A stretch of DNA of 64,000 nucleotides from the NCBI GenBank assembly GCA_004022145.1, contig RCNU01000003.1. One strand, 5' to 3'. Below, in pieces: positions 13,751-26,660 of the stretch; within the stretch, counting starts at the first letter, position 1, and the number at the start of each line of letters is the position of its first letter. This DNA is from Paecilomyces variotii (lineage: Eukaryota). The position numbers were made by a program, and so were the translations under genes. Below the pieces are notes generated by a model. That model was not told where the DNA came from. It saw only the letters and a list, made by a program, of their open reading frames with translations, and did not search any database.

Positions 13751-14589
13751 CTAACCATACATCCCGTCCAAATCATCCTCATCCTCCTCAGCCGCCAGCT
13801 TCTCTGCCAGTTTTCTCCGCTCTGCCTCGCGCTCGCGCTCCTTCTTGCCAAAATCTGTCCGGTCCAGAGGACAAGAACCGCGCAGACGCAGCCATGGCCG
13901 TATACATTCGAGGTCGAAGAGATGCGTAGGATGGCAGGGCAAGCGGACGACGAGCGGGTAAGGGTCATCAAGGAAGGGATTATTACAAATCGGACAGGTC
14001 TGCGACGAAGTGAGGGATTTTCGAGGGATGCGATCGAGATCTAGACAAATCAATAATATATAAAGTTAGTTAAATAAATTCACCCACAGTGTACCTATCG
14101 AAGCAGAAAAGAAAAAGGAAATCACACGCGCACGTACCATCGCAAAACTGCTCACTCACGCCCTCAACTTCCTTGGGTGGCATTTCTGCCCCCTGTAGCA
14201 ACGCCTGAATCATCTGCGTCAATAGTCCGTTGCCATCCTCCTGTCCCTCTCCTGCGGCTGGGTTGCCGTGATCACCAATCTCGTGCTCCCGTCTCATGAC
14301 ATCGAACGCCTCTGCCAGCGTGCGAAAGGCGGCGCTCACATCTCCGGGAACTGGGACGGCATGCTGTCTCGTCCGTGACTCTGCTGGATTGGGGGTTATT
14401 TCATTTAGAGTCGCGAAGAAGGTGGAGAGATCGGGACGGCGGGGTCGGGAGGTAGGTTGCGACGAGATGTCGGTGGTATTGTGCTCGACTGTGATTCTGG
14501 GTTAGTGATTCTGCTATTGTTCTATGGCGTAGATAATCAATTAGAGAGTGTAAAAGGATTGGAAAATCCATACTTTCATATGTAGCCAT
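13751..14589 (-). CDS. RING-H2-like finger protein (putative E3 ligase)
   Basis: CPICNNPFLDDPYPLVVRLPCHPTHLFDLECIRPWLRLRGSCPLDR. Start MATYE; two introns. Confidence 0.85.
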
Positions 14590-15899
14590 CTTGCGGCTGG
14601 ATCTTGCCTGCTTGGAAAACGCGATGCGATACGCGGGGTACGGACTGTGCCCCTCTCCCTGAAGAAGCAACCCTGGCACAGAGTAGGATATAGAGAATCG
14701 CGAAAATGGAAGAAAGCTGGCTTGTCCTCGTCTTGATCAAGAGTTGCAACTTAAGGTGGACGCGGGCAATGTTCTAGGGAAAAGAAAGACTACTGTATCG
14801 ATAAGCCGTTGCGGAGGCAGAAATATGGATGCGCGTTGCACTGGTTCTGGGCAAGCTTTCGGGGAGGTTCCACTCGGGCAAGATAGTTAATGCGACTGGA
14901 CAGTCGAGATTATTATTCTTCTATTTGCTACTCTATTTAATTAGAAACCGGACAGTAACAATGTCGGAATATATTCGACATTGCAAGTTATTGCAGAATC
15001 GCTCTCTGTATCTTCTGGTGAGAAACTTGAGATGGGTTCTGTGTCACAACCAGAACATTGTCGGACCCGAATATATAAAGTAATCCCTGTAACTATCTGG
15101 CTGCTTTTCTACTGAGAAGGGCAAGGTGCTACTACACTTATGATGCTAGGTGTTACCTCCAGATAATTAGTCCCTTTTGCTTTAAATAGATTGACTCCCT
15201 GGACTACTACCAGAAGCGCAAAGTACGGTAGATGGTGGTGCCGCAGAAGGATCGAGGTGTGCCGCACCCACTGTCGCAGGATCATCAAATTTACCAAATC
15301 AGTCCCGACAGAGCAGGAAGCACAGTTAACTAGGTACAGTAAGTGACTCTTCCAAGTCGCCGACAGTCTACGTACTCCAGGGGACCACAAATAAGAAAAA
15401 AAGAATTATTTCAACCAGACAAGCGAATTTTTATCAATGGAAGCTGACGTACCATACTAGATTACCGTATGCAACTACCAATTGGAGAAGATTGTCGTGG
15501 TTTCCGGGGCGTCGCAGCGGGTCGAGGATCTTTCTTTGGCAACACGGGTGGTGGCTCAGGGCGATCGACGCATCCTGGCTGAGACAAACAAGGGACCAGC
15601 CATCAGACATCTCCACGACAGCGCCTCTCTTTCTCGCTCGTTTCTCTGGTTATTATTTATCCTTTTAGTATTTCTTTTTCTTTTTCTGATTCCCTGCCCA
15701 GGTTGGTTTTTCCAATTAACTTGCTTGCATTATCGTTCCACCTCTCAGCAGGCTGGCCTTCTGTTGCATCCCAAACGCAATCTATCTACATCAAACACGC
15801 CGCGCGGTCAATTCCCAGAACCAGTTCGAACCAGGCTCAACGATTCGAGCTGTCTTTTCAACGCAAGCATAGAGTGAGGAGCAAAGAACATCTGCAAAG

Positions 15900-16826
15900 A
15901 TGGGGTTGAGATCAAGGTCGACGTTCTATCCGAAAGCGCCATTTCATGTCATCCGCTTCTGCAGCGTGGTATCTACATTGATCGTAGGCGGAATCATGGG
16001 CTTCTTTATCTACCACCTGCACCAAGATGGCTTCAGACTACCATGGGCGTTCCTTGTGGTGAGTATCGCGTCCCTTATGCTGGACATGCAATTACTTGTG
16101 AACAAAATGAAGTTGCGAATAGTAGCTAACACCTCATACTTCCAGATCACGATAACGACCGTTCTCACACTCATCAATTTCGTGTTCACCTCTTGCATCC
16201 ACTGCTGCAGTGGCGTACCGCCTCTCTGGTCTCTTTTCTTTAACTTTGTTCTGTTCATGCTGTGGACTAGCTCCCTCGGGCTGCTTGGTTGGAGCATGTC
16301 CGGTACGCTCATGACCACCTGTGACACCTCCAATTGGGGTACCGAGACTGGGATCATGGTCTGCCGCGTCTACAAAGTCTTGTTCACCTTCACGGTGACT
16401 GCCTTCGTTGCGCAGCTGTCGGCAGTCGTTCTTGACATCGTCGCTCGTCGCCGCCAGCACGATCGGGACAGATACGACCCCATGGTCTCCGACACTGCTC
16501 TGGCAGATGTCAAGGTTGACAAGCGCATCAGTAGTGCCTCAAGTACCAACACCAACGATCCATCCACGGATGCGTACAATGCCTTCGGCACCAATCGACC
16601 TAAGCCCCAGCCGCAGTACCAGGGTCGGACGCAGCAGCCCACTTATGCTGCTTCCCTTGAACAGTACCACGCAGGGGAGGCACAGGACTACTACGAGCAT
16701 GTTTCCACGCGTGGTGAAGCGACACAGCCCAATGCGTACTACGGAAACTACAACCCATACGGAGGCTACGCAGGCTACACGCAACCGCCGGAGCAGACAC
16801 GGTATGATCCGGGGATGTACCGATAA
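15900..16826 (+). CDS. Four-TM MARVEL-like membrane protein with a Tyr/Gln/Pro-rich tail
   Basis: Four hydrophobic segments, a CDTSNWG..GIMVCRVYK loop and a low-complexity C-terminus. Probable 87-nt intron at 16059-16145. Confidence 0.7.
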   Translation: MGLRSRSTFYPKAPFHVIRFCSVVSTLIVGGIMGFFIYHLHQDGFRLPWAFLVVSIASLMLDMQLLVNKMKLRIVANTSYFQITITTVLTLINFVFTSCIHCCSGVPPLWSLFFNFVLFMLWTSSLGLLGWSMSGTLMTTCDTSNWGTETGIMVCRVYKVLFTFTVTAFVAQLSAVVLDIVARRRQHDRDRYDPMVSDTALADVKVDKRISSASSTNTNDPSTDAYNAFGTNRPKPQPQYQGRTQQPTYAASLEQYHAGEAQDYYEHVSTRGEATQPNAYYGNYNPYGGYAGYTQPPEQTRYDPGMYR

Positions 16827-17475
16827 AGGATAAACGCCACGCGTGCATCCTGTCCTTTTTTCTTTCCAAGCACCATCGTTCTTGTGTCATTTCCGTCTCA
16901 TTTTGTTTGAATTTATGAACCTGCGCTGGTCGACAATTTACGACGATATGACCCTCCTTTTGGTTTATTTTGTCGGTTCCTGGTCGGACCTCTGCCTTTC
17001 CCGTTAGGGGGGTGTAAAAAGAAGTGGATATTACGGCGTTGGATTTGGCGAATTTCAACGGAAGATAGTACTGTTATATAGTACACAGAAAGGTGGAGAT
17101 ATCGGCATCTAGTCGGCGTTGTTGGGAGGAACATTTGCCTCTAATCCTTTTTTTTTTGGGCGGTCTCAAGGCACCGTTTTCAGATAGCCTAGCACTAGAT
17201 AGTGGAATGGAGATCGAAAATTGAATGAAGTCAATGATCACCCAAATATTCGTTGAGATCTTATCCATAATAACGATAAAGTACATTGGGATTTCCCCGT
17301 CCATTGTGTTCTTAGATATTAAGATTTTGATCTGAGATAATATTCCATTTTTTTGAATTTGTAAATCCGTACTTAGCATCACGAGAGAGATTTAAGCTAC
17401 TAGGTAGGGCACTGATCTAGATTAAATTGCGAGAAGATGACGGTGGGATATAATAACGCTAAATATGCGATAAAA

Positions 17476-19006
17476 TCACATGATGACCTCATTGGCAACG
17501 TCCTATACAGTTCGATGTTAGTATATCTCAAAAGGGGGTTGGGTTAGGTGGAAAAGAAGAAGAGGTTAGGTATAGCGAGTACGTACCCTCTTCAGCTCCT
17601 TGTATGGCAAGCAGACGCAATTCTGGACGCGCACTTCGTCGCCTACAGCGCACTCCTTGCCCAGGATAGTGATGCTCTGGACCTTGACGCCGTTCTTGAT
17701 GATGCTGGTTGAGTGGCTTCCGACGGGAGTTGGGGTGCCCTCGACACGAGCCCATGCGCCTACACGACTGCTCCAGCCGATGATGGAGTACAGGACGCAG
17801 GCGTCGTGCTTGATCTCGGCATCCTCGAGAACGATAGACTCCTTGATACGGGCACCGGCACCGACGACGGCACGGGGTCCAATGGAGACGTTGGGGCCGA
17901 GCTTGGCGGTTGGGTCGACGGTGGCTGTGGGGTGGATGAAGACAGGCGGCAGGATGTTGGCGGATGGAGGAGTGAGCTCTTCAGACTGTGCCTGGAAGGC
18001 CTTCTGGAGGTAAAGAGCATTGGCTGGCACAGCGGAGCCGGCCGTCTTGATCTGTCGCCAGAAGTCCCTCGTCTCGTGAACAAAGAAGCGGTTGCTGTCT
18101 GCGAGATCGGAGAGGATGTCCTGCTCTAGACGCAGGACCTCACTCTTCTCACCCTCCTCCTCCTCGGCCATGAACGACGAGGAGAGGTTCTCTGATGAAG
18201 GGTAGGAGACGAAGCGGGGCCGCGTTGTACGCCTCTTGATAGCACTGCGGATCGAAGGGAAGATGCACTCTGTCGCGAACAGGTAAACACCGCAATTGAT
18301 CAGGTTGGAGATGTGCGATTCCGGCTTCTCGACGTAGTGCAGAACGCGCTTTGTGTGGGAGTCGGAGACAATGCAGCCAAAGTTGGTTGCAGCATCGTTG
18401 CTGACTCTCGTGCCCAGAATGACAGCCTCCGCATCCTTCTCCTCAAACAGCTTCAGCATATCCAACAGCGGGAACGAACAGCAGACATCTGCATTCAATA
18501 CGAAGAAGCGTTCCGGCTTGCCTTTCAAGATGGCATCGCGGAAGTGGTAGAGACCGCCAGCGGTTCCCAGCGCGGTGTATTCTCGCAGATATTGGATCTT
18601 CAACTGAGGGAACTCCTTGGAAGAGTCCTTGATGAAATCACGGAAGACGGTCTCGTCATAGTAACCGATCAAAATAACTTCCCGGAGTCCAGGGACCTTC
18701 GCAACAGCCTTGAGGCAATGGTAGATGATGGGGTGGCCGGCGACCTCGAATAGGGGCTATAGACACCATGCTCTGGTGTAAGTAATGTGTGCCTCATGAG
18801 CGCGGGGGTAAAACAGCGGGGTACTGTACCTTTGGTACATCTAGCGAGAGCGGTCTGAAACGAGTTCCTCTGGAGGGTCCTCCGACCTAGAATACAATTG
18901 CATTAGCCCGTTGTTCAGCGCGGAGAGAAGCAAGAACGCATACTAGGACCACGGCCTTGGTGGAGGCCATGTTGCTGTTATGCTCCCGAATCGGCACCTG
19001 GAGCAT
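17476..19006 (-). CDS. Mannose-1-phosphate guanylyltransferase, alpha (GMPPA-like) type
   Basis: [44 protein letters not shown], YVEKP and hexapeptide LbH repeats. Ends DVANEVIM*. Confidence 0.9.
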
Positions 19007-20322
19007 GGAGGCGGTATTGCGGAGTGCGCGCGGGATGAGATGGACGAGGGGTATTTATGAGGTAGCAGGCACAGCCTCAAGAAACGAAATTCCGGCTGTG
19101 CAGACTGGAATGGAGGAATGTTTGTTTTATTATTTGTGTAGAACGCTGGCAGATCGAGGTGGCCACGAAGCCGTTCCAGATCAGCTTAAGCGTCGAGCTG
19201 CCCGCAACGGGACCCATCATCCATGGCTCGATCCTCCTTTGCCAGGAATGCTCCGCGGTCGCTTAACCTTACTGACGCCGCAGCGGTGAACGTCTATTTG
19301 GCTCTCTTGTTCATGTCTACAATAATAGGGTTGAAAGATCGGTATATGTGCTTCTAGAACATCAGATTGGTAATGTTGAATTCGTTAACCAAGTATTACT
19401 CTGGTGGACTTCGGTGCTTGTCTTCATGGCCTCTTACTCATGAACTGGCCGCAAACAGATCGCAGACTACAAGTATCTGGAAGAAAATGGGCATAACGAA
19501 GAACTCTTCTTGATATTTGAGCAGGGCAAGCATACTATACTCACCTCGAGAGTCAAGAAATAACGCAAGTGAGATAATGGATATCATCTCGCCCACTACC
19601 CTTCACATATGCCCAGCTATCCTTACGCAGGCGCAGTCTTCAGCAACATGCAAATCTGAAAGATTGTAAACTAATGACACCTCGATTCTACTTTTGGAAG
19701 CACTCACCTGAGGATTCAATGTCTGATTGGTCTACATCTTCACGGTCTGCAGCGAAGGGACCTGCGTGGTGCTGTTAGTCCAGCAGGAATATGCCGCCAG
19801 AGTTGTATGTCCCTCACCACATTTGGCGGGCTCCAGCACAAAGTGTTGGTTGCAGTCCGTAAAGCTTCACGGATCACCACAAACAGTCCATTCTAACAGG
19901 AGAAACAATGTAATTCGAAAATTTCACCCTCGACTTATAAATGAACTTTCACTTCTCTACTCACCTTTCGTTTTTCTTTGTCTCTTCCTTCTCAATACCC
20001 AACCACCCCAAAACACCATCCTCTTCAGAGGCTCATCCCTAACTCACTCACTCCCCTTCAGTTCTCCTGATCTCCAGACAGTCCCTCGTTTCTCATATGC
20101 TCTAGATATTATTTGTCTAACTAATCAGAAACTTGAATTCGTCGTGCTTGCCACTGATATCACTGTTTCAGTTTGTTGTATTCTATCAAGGACATTTGTG
20201 GTTGTCGAGTGCGGAGATTACTCGAGTCTCTCCTGAGACCCTACCACATTTCTTCTTAGCTTTCTTGTTTTCTATCTTGCTTTCTGTCATCATCTCTCAT
20301 CTTGAAGGGAGTGCATCTCGTC

Positions 20323-23063
20323 ATGTCGCCTGCAGAAAGTCCCGGAACCCCAGGGGTGAAATTATCTCCATCATGTAAGTGGCCACAACACTTCGGTTGT
20401 TTCTTCTATTCATCGTAAAATGCTAATTGTAGCAGTTACGATGCCCAATACTTGGTCGAGCAGCGAAACTACGGCTACTCAGAGAAATGGCGCGGATGTC
20501 ACTGACTCCATCGCGCTCATATCTCAGGATATGAGGCCTCTGGTCCAGAAGATACAGGACCTTCGTCATCTGGGGATCGAAGACAACAAGATCGCTCTGC
20601 CTAAGATCTGTGTTGTCGGCGACCAGAGCACGGGAAAGAGCTCTCTCATCGAAGGGATGAGTGAGATCAAAGTACCAAGAAGTGCTGGCACCTGTACTCG
20701 TTGCCCTATGGAGATTAATCTCTCTGAAAGTGAACCGGACAAACTGTGGCAATGCCGGGTCATTCTCTCGCGGAAGTATGCGTACACACCCTCTGGAAAG
20801 TACATGAATGTGCCGACCAGGTCTCTGGGTCCATGGACGGAAAAGATACAAGAGGATGAAGTGTTCCATGTTCTGAGTGACAAATCTCTCCTTCAGAGAG
20901 CTATCAAGCTCGCGCAACTTGCGATCCTGAATCCTGGACGCCCGTCTTCAGATTTCCAACCCGAAGGAGACCTCGACGATGGGACCGGGAGCGAGGTGAA
21001 GTTTTCTCCTAATCTCGTACGTCTCGATATATCAGCACCTGGATTTCCGAATCTTTCGTTCTACGATCTCCCCGGCGTGATCAATCAAGCGGAATTCGAT
21101 GAAGAGAGTTACTTGGTCACGCTTGTCGAGAATCTCGTCAAAGAGTACATCTCGCAGGACAACTGCATTGTCCTCCTCACTTTACCAATGACAGACGATG
21201 CGATGAATTCGAGCGCTGCTAGAATCGTGCGACACATCCCAGGCGCTAAATCTAGAACCCTAGGTGTTCTTACAAAACCTGATCGCGTCCAGAGCGGCGA
21301 GTCGCTTGATCAGTGGATGGAAATTCTAGAAGGCAAAAAGTTCGAGCTCGGACACGGCTATTACGTCGTGAGAAACAATCCAGATGCCAGTGTCGAGCAC
21401 TCCCAGGCCCGCGACGAAGAGGCTCTGTTCTTCAATAATCACCCGTGGTCTACTGTCTTGGCCCCATATAGTGAGCGGTTCGGAGTCAGAAGACTGCAAA
21501 CAGCCTTGTCTGGTCTTCTTTTGGAGCAAATCCAGGGATGCTTACCGCAGGTCATTCAGCAGATCGATGAGAAGGCGGAAAGAATTGATGCTGAACTTGA
21601 GATGCTGCCCGACCCGCCTTCTGAAAATCTACCATATGTCCTATGCGGCAAGTTGAATCTTCTGAAAGAACGAATTCGTCACCATATCGATGGCGGATCC
21701 TCGAATTATCCTATGCAGAAGATCTGGGGCCAACTTGCCCAGGACTTTAAGGAAGCAATCACAGTCACGCGCCCAGCTGCTACGCTTATCAGCGAGAACG
21801 AGTCTTTCAAGACCCAGCCATCATTTGAAGATGACTCTGAATGTGAAATGGTCTCTATTCGTGCATCAGTCAATCCTCAAGGGAAGCGCAAGACTCCAGG
21901 GGGCTCTAGACCGGTCGATAATAGAGGAAATCCGCGTGCTAAAACGACCAACTACACAACGTCGCATTTTGAGTATTTCAGTGGTAGGTCGCAAAACAAG
22001 AAATGCTCGTCCACCGTTAGGCTAATGTCGTTGCAGGTCCTGCGAAAAACTTTACGTGGGAAGAGATTCGTGAGATCAATCGTGACTCCTATCCAACTGG
22101 TATCCCTGGCCAGACCGATCCGAAAGCAATTGAGATGATGAACCGCATCAGTGTACAGCACTGGGATAAACCCATGAATGTGTTCCTCGTTGTCTCGCAT
22201 AAACTTGTGAGGGACACCTTGATGGAGCAAGTGAAGCATGTCTTTGCGCAGTATCAGCAGACCGCGTTGCCCAAAGTGCTCGAGCGTATCATTCTTATTT
22301 ACTTGAATGGTCTGAAGGAGGAACATTTGCGTCACGCCCAGGAGATCTATAACATCGAGAGACACAAGCCATTCACGATGGCCACTTCTGCTTTGACCCA
22401 GGCGACTAAGGAAGTTCTCGAGTACTTCGTTGCTCGCCGGCGGGAAGCCAGAGCTAGGCTGTACCTGCGTCTTTTCCACGGAAATGCGGTTGATGACCAG
22501 AAGCGAAACGTGGAGATCCGGAAGTTAATCAGCAACGAGTCTGAGATGGGACCGGATGAGTTTGCCCAGGAAGTCAAAATGATGGCCGTAAGTGAAATCT
22601 TTATCTCTCCAAAGAGGTCCGATAGTCATCTGAGAACATATATATATAGAGCGTCAGAGGATACTACGACATCGCCAGTTCTCGTTTTGTCGATTCTATT
22701 TGTCAAAGTGTGCATACAAAGCTGTTCTTTAAGTGCCGTGAGGAACTTGTCTCGGTTATCGAAAATGAGCTGTCAATCTTTGACGGTAATGGTATGTACA
22801 TCCTACATCTTCCTCGCCTGTTTGGGAGCCGTCAATAGCTAATATGAGAGGATATACTAGCTATGGAACGCTGCATGGAACTCATGGCAGAGGATCCAGT
22901 GCACCAACGCCGTCGTCAATACCTGGTCAGGGAGAGAGAAAAGTTGACCAAGGCTCAAGAGTGGCTTGCTTCAGCTAAGAAGGAGGGAGGTGATGCCGAT
23001 CTCTTCGGACGTTCTGTTTCAATCGGGTATGATAGGATCATAAAGACCGACAGCCATGCCTAG
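20323..23063 (+). CDS. Dynamin-superfamily GTPase, Mx-like fungal clade
   Basis: LPKICVVGDQSTGKSSLIEG (G1), GTCTRCP (G2), DLPG (G3), TKPD (G4) and a GED-like end LMAEDPVHQRRRQYLVREREKL. About four introns; first exon inferred. Confidence 0.88.
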
Positions 23064-23767
23064 ATTTGCGCCTTGTACTGGATAATATGGATGCACAGTC
23101 GGTATGGATAACTGTTGATTATTGTCTCGTTGGTGAATGATGATCATGGATGGTTGAGAAACAGCTGTTGTTGGCTTTCCTCGTGTCCGGCCAATGTGAT
23201 GGGACCCTGTTAGGTACGCAGCTCACATGTTCAGGCTGTAGATTAGTTGGGAGGTCATTTTATTGCTTTGAAAAAGCCGGTGTCGCCGGCGCACATGGCA
23301 CAACAATGGAATGGAGAGTTCATAAACCATGATATACTACCTAGGTATATACAGTCGCTACGGGCGTTTTCCAGGCGAAGATAATAGCCTGTAGCGGGGC
23401 AGTCTGCCCCTCATTTGCTACCCTATACCCTAAGCCCTAACTCAAGCACAGTATGGACGTTGTAGGCGTTCGACGCTGGACGCGTAGCAAGTAAGATTCC
23501 TGCATCAACCTGTAGACAGAGCTATGTTATAGATACATGTAGAATTGGTCGATTATTTGGATAGAAGTGCTGTTTCCGTGCCGGGGACGGAAGCGTTGTC
23601 CTAGACATTTTTTTCGCCGCAGTCGGGCATACTGCAGAGTGGTTCTGCGGTCCGCCCAAAAACTTCGGACAGAACCTCCCCCGCTCACGCTTTTCACCAC
23701 TCCCCCACGTCTCCGATACGACTGTTCTGGTTTCTGTTGCGACGCCCAGAGCGGACTCTAATTCATC

Positions 23768-25708
23768 ATGGCGGATTCCGGAGTTAAGGAGGCTGAGGCC
23801 TCCATGGCCAACCTCCTCCTCGACGAGGTCACCGGCGAAAAGGTCTCCAAGACCGAACTGAAGAGACGCCAGAAGCTCAGAGAGAAGGAGGCCAAGAAGA
23901 AGGAGAAGGAAGCTGCTGCCCCTCCCAAGGCTGAGAAGAAGATTTCTGAGGAGGAGGCGGAGAGCAATCTCTCCCCCAACGTAAGACTTGAACTACCCCG
24001 CATCGTGATTGTATCGTCTTGCGCGCAGAAAGGCTCACGTGTATGGACAATGATAGCAATACTTCGAGATTCGAAGCCAGAAGATCAACAAGCTCCGAGA
24101 GACCAAGAACCCCGACCCTTACCCGCACAAGTTCCAGGTCACCGTAGACCTGCGACAGTACCTCAAGGACTACGAGGGCCTCGCCAAGGGTGAACAGAAG
24201 CCTGATGTGGAAGTGCGCATCGCTGGAAGAATCTACACCAAGCGTGCCCAGGGTAACAAGTTGATTTTCTACGATGTCCGCGCGGAGGGTGTCAAGGTGC
24301 AGGTCGTCTGCCAGGCCCAGAACGCCCAGGGCGACTTCGAGGCCCAGCACGAGCACTTGAGAAGAGGAGATATCATCGGTATCGCCGGTTTCCCCGGACG
24401 AAGCAACCCGAAGAACAGACCTGATGGAGAGCTCTCTATCTTCGCTCGGGAGGTTGTCCTCCTGGCACCCTGCTTGCACGCTATTCCCTCGGAGCACTAC
24501 GGTCTGCGTGACCAGGAGCAGCGATACCGCCAGCGTTATCTGGACCTGATCATGAACGACAAGTCGCGTAATGTCTTCGTTACCCGATCCAAGATGATCA
24601 CCTATATTCGTAACTTCTTCGATAGCCGTGACTTCATCGAAGTCGAGACGCCCATGATGAACGCCATTGCTGGTGGTGCCACGGCCAAGCCTTTCATTAC
24701 TCACCACAACGAGCTCGACATGAACCTGTTTATGCGTGTTGCGCCTGAATTGTACCTCAAGATGCTGATTGTCGGTGGTCTGGAGCGTGTCTATGAGTTG
24801 GGTCGTCAATTCCGGAATGAGGGCATTGACCTCACTCACAACCCTGAGTTCACTACTTGCGAGTTCTACTGGGCCTACGCTGATGTCTACGATGTCATGA
24901 ACCTCACCGAGGAGCTTGTTTCTGGCCTGGTGAAGCACATCACTGGTGGCTACGAGACCACTTTCCACACCCAGAGTGGTGAGGTGTACAACGTCAACTG
25001 GAAGGCTCCCTGGAGACGCGTCGAGATGATTCCGGCTCTCGAGGAGGCCACTGGCGAGAAGTTCCCTCCGGGTGATCAGCTGCACACTGAGGAGACGAAT
25101 GAGTTCCTCAAGAGGATCCTGAAGAAGACCGGGGTCGACTGCCCGCCTCCTCTCACCAATGCCAGAATGCTCGACAAGCTTGTCGGCGAGTTCATCGAGG
25201 AGACCTGCGTCAACCCGACTTTCATCACCGGCCACCCCCAGATGATGTCTCCTCTGGCCAAGTACCACCGCGAGCACCGCGGTCTGTGCGAGCGTTTTGA
25301 GGCCTTCGTCTGCAAGAAGGAGATCGTCAACGCCTACACTGAGTTGAACGACCCATTCGACCAGCGTCTTCGTTTCGAGGAGCAGGCCAAGCAGAAGGCC
25401 GCGGGTGATGACGAGGCCCAGCTGATCGATGAGAACTTCTGTACCAGCTTGGAATACGGTCTGCCCCCAACCGGAGGCTGGGGTATGGGTATTGACCGTC
25501 TGGTCATGTTCCTGACGGATAACTACACTATCAAGGAGGTTCTTGCGTTCCCCTTCATGAAGGAGGACAAGACTGCAAAGGAGGGCGAGAAGCTGGCCGC
25601 TGAAGTTGTTGGTGTTGAGCCCAAGCCTGAGGAAGGCATCCGTGAGTCATCTCGAGCCCATTCACATTGACCTCTCGAACTAACAATATTCCACCAGCCC
25701 ACAAATAA
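23768..25708 (+). CDS. krs1: Cytosolic lysyl-tRNA synthetase (class II)
   Basis: [41 protein letters not shown] and [16 protein letters not shown]. Two introns; ends PHK*. Confidence 0.97.
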
Positions 25709-26217
25709 GCAATGAACGAAAAAACAGATCTTGATGCTCCCTGATATTCACGATCATGTTGTATGGATTATGATTTTTTTAAAGGGGGGTATGGCATGCG
25801 TAAATACCTAAAAAAGAATAACACAGTATATCTGGGTACGAAAGGACTTTTTTCTCATTTTTCATTAGAATTGAAATCGAGATTGACTTGACATAAATCT
25901 ACCTCCAATTTATATACTAAACCATTGTACCAAAATAAATCAGAATCATTTTCGTTGAAACGAACAGAAATCTATACGGCAATTCAAATTCGTCCCAAGT
26001 TACATCATTAGAACTTGCTACTATGTAGAGAACACAGCAAGTAAGCTTACAGGACATGTATATGACTGACCTGCGAAATGAAAAACTGATGACCAAGTCT
26101 TGGCTCCCAAGTAATTGTTTCCCCATACCCTATAACGCTGATACCATAACTCCCAGCGCATCATAACAGTCTGTCTTCCATAACTACCTAACGTATCACT
26201 TATGGTACTATATGAAG

Positions 26218-26660
26218 CAACAAAGCCTTGTTCTACACAAAGCGTACCAAAGAATAGCAATGCCCATTCATTCCATTCTAGCCAAGAATGCGAAATAAGC
26301 TCTCATTTCCGAGAAAACACTAAAACAGAACAAAGTTCTACAACAAAGCCCTGGATACTCCAGATATAGTATACCACAAAGCAATAACCAGCACCCTTCT
26401 TTCCCATTGTTGAACAACTTCAACAATAATTGATAATTATATCTTCCCTCTCTGAAAAAAGAGCCTTTGTACTACATACAACTAACTAATCCGCACAATG
26501 AATCCCCATACATCCATGACAAAGTCTTTAAGGAATGACAAAGTAGGTAAACAAGTGACATGACCCTCAAAGAAAGTGAATGATCACAGCCCCAAATCCG
26601 AATATCTATGGGTAAGAAACAAAGATGTATTATTGACTGGGCGCGTTTTCGAGGGAATGA
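26218..26660 (+). promoter_or_regulatory. Cluster of ACAAAG/ACAAT (HMG-box-type) and CATTCY (TEA-type) motifs upstream of the 27059 gene
   Basis: ACAAAG at about 26220, 26237, 26330, 26343, 26376, 26519, 26538 and 26619, plus reverse CTTTGT at 26465. TATA-like TATAAG at about 26690. Function is inferred. Confidence 0.5.

Noticed and set aside
16059-16145. In-frame stop-free introns (here, and at 55942-56016 in the MFS gene)
   Set aside because: Canonical splice signals, and retention would disrupt TM regions; expected occasionally by chance.
23877-25277. 466-aa ORF antisense to lysyl-tRNA synthetase
   Set aside because: Shadow of the strong codon bias of a highly expressed gene; no recognisable motifs.
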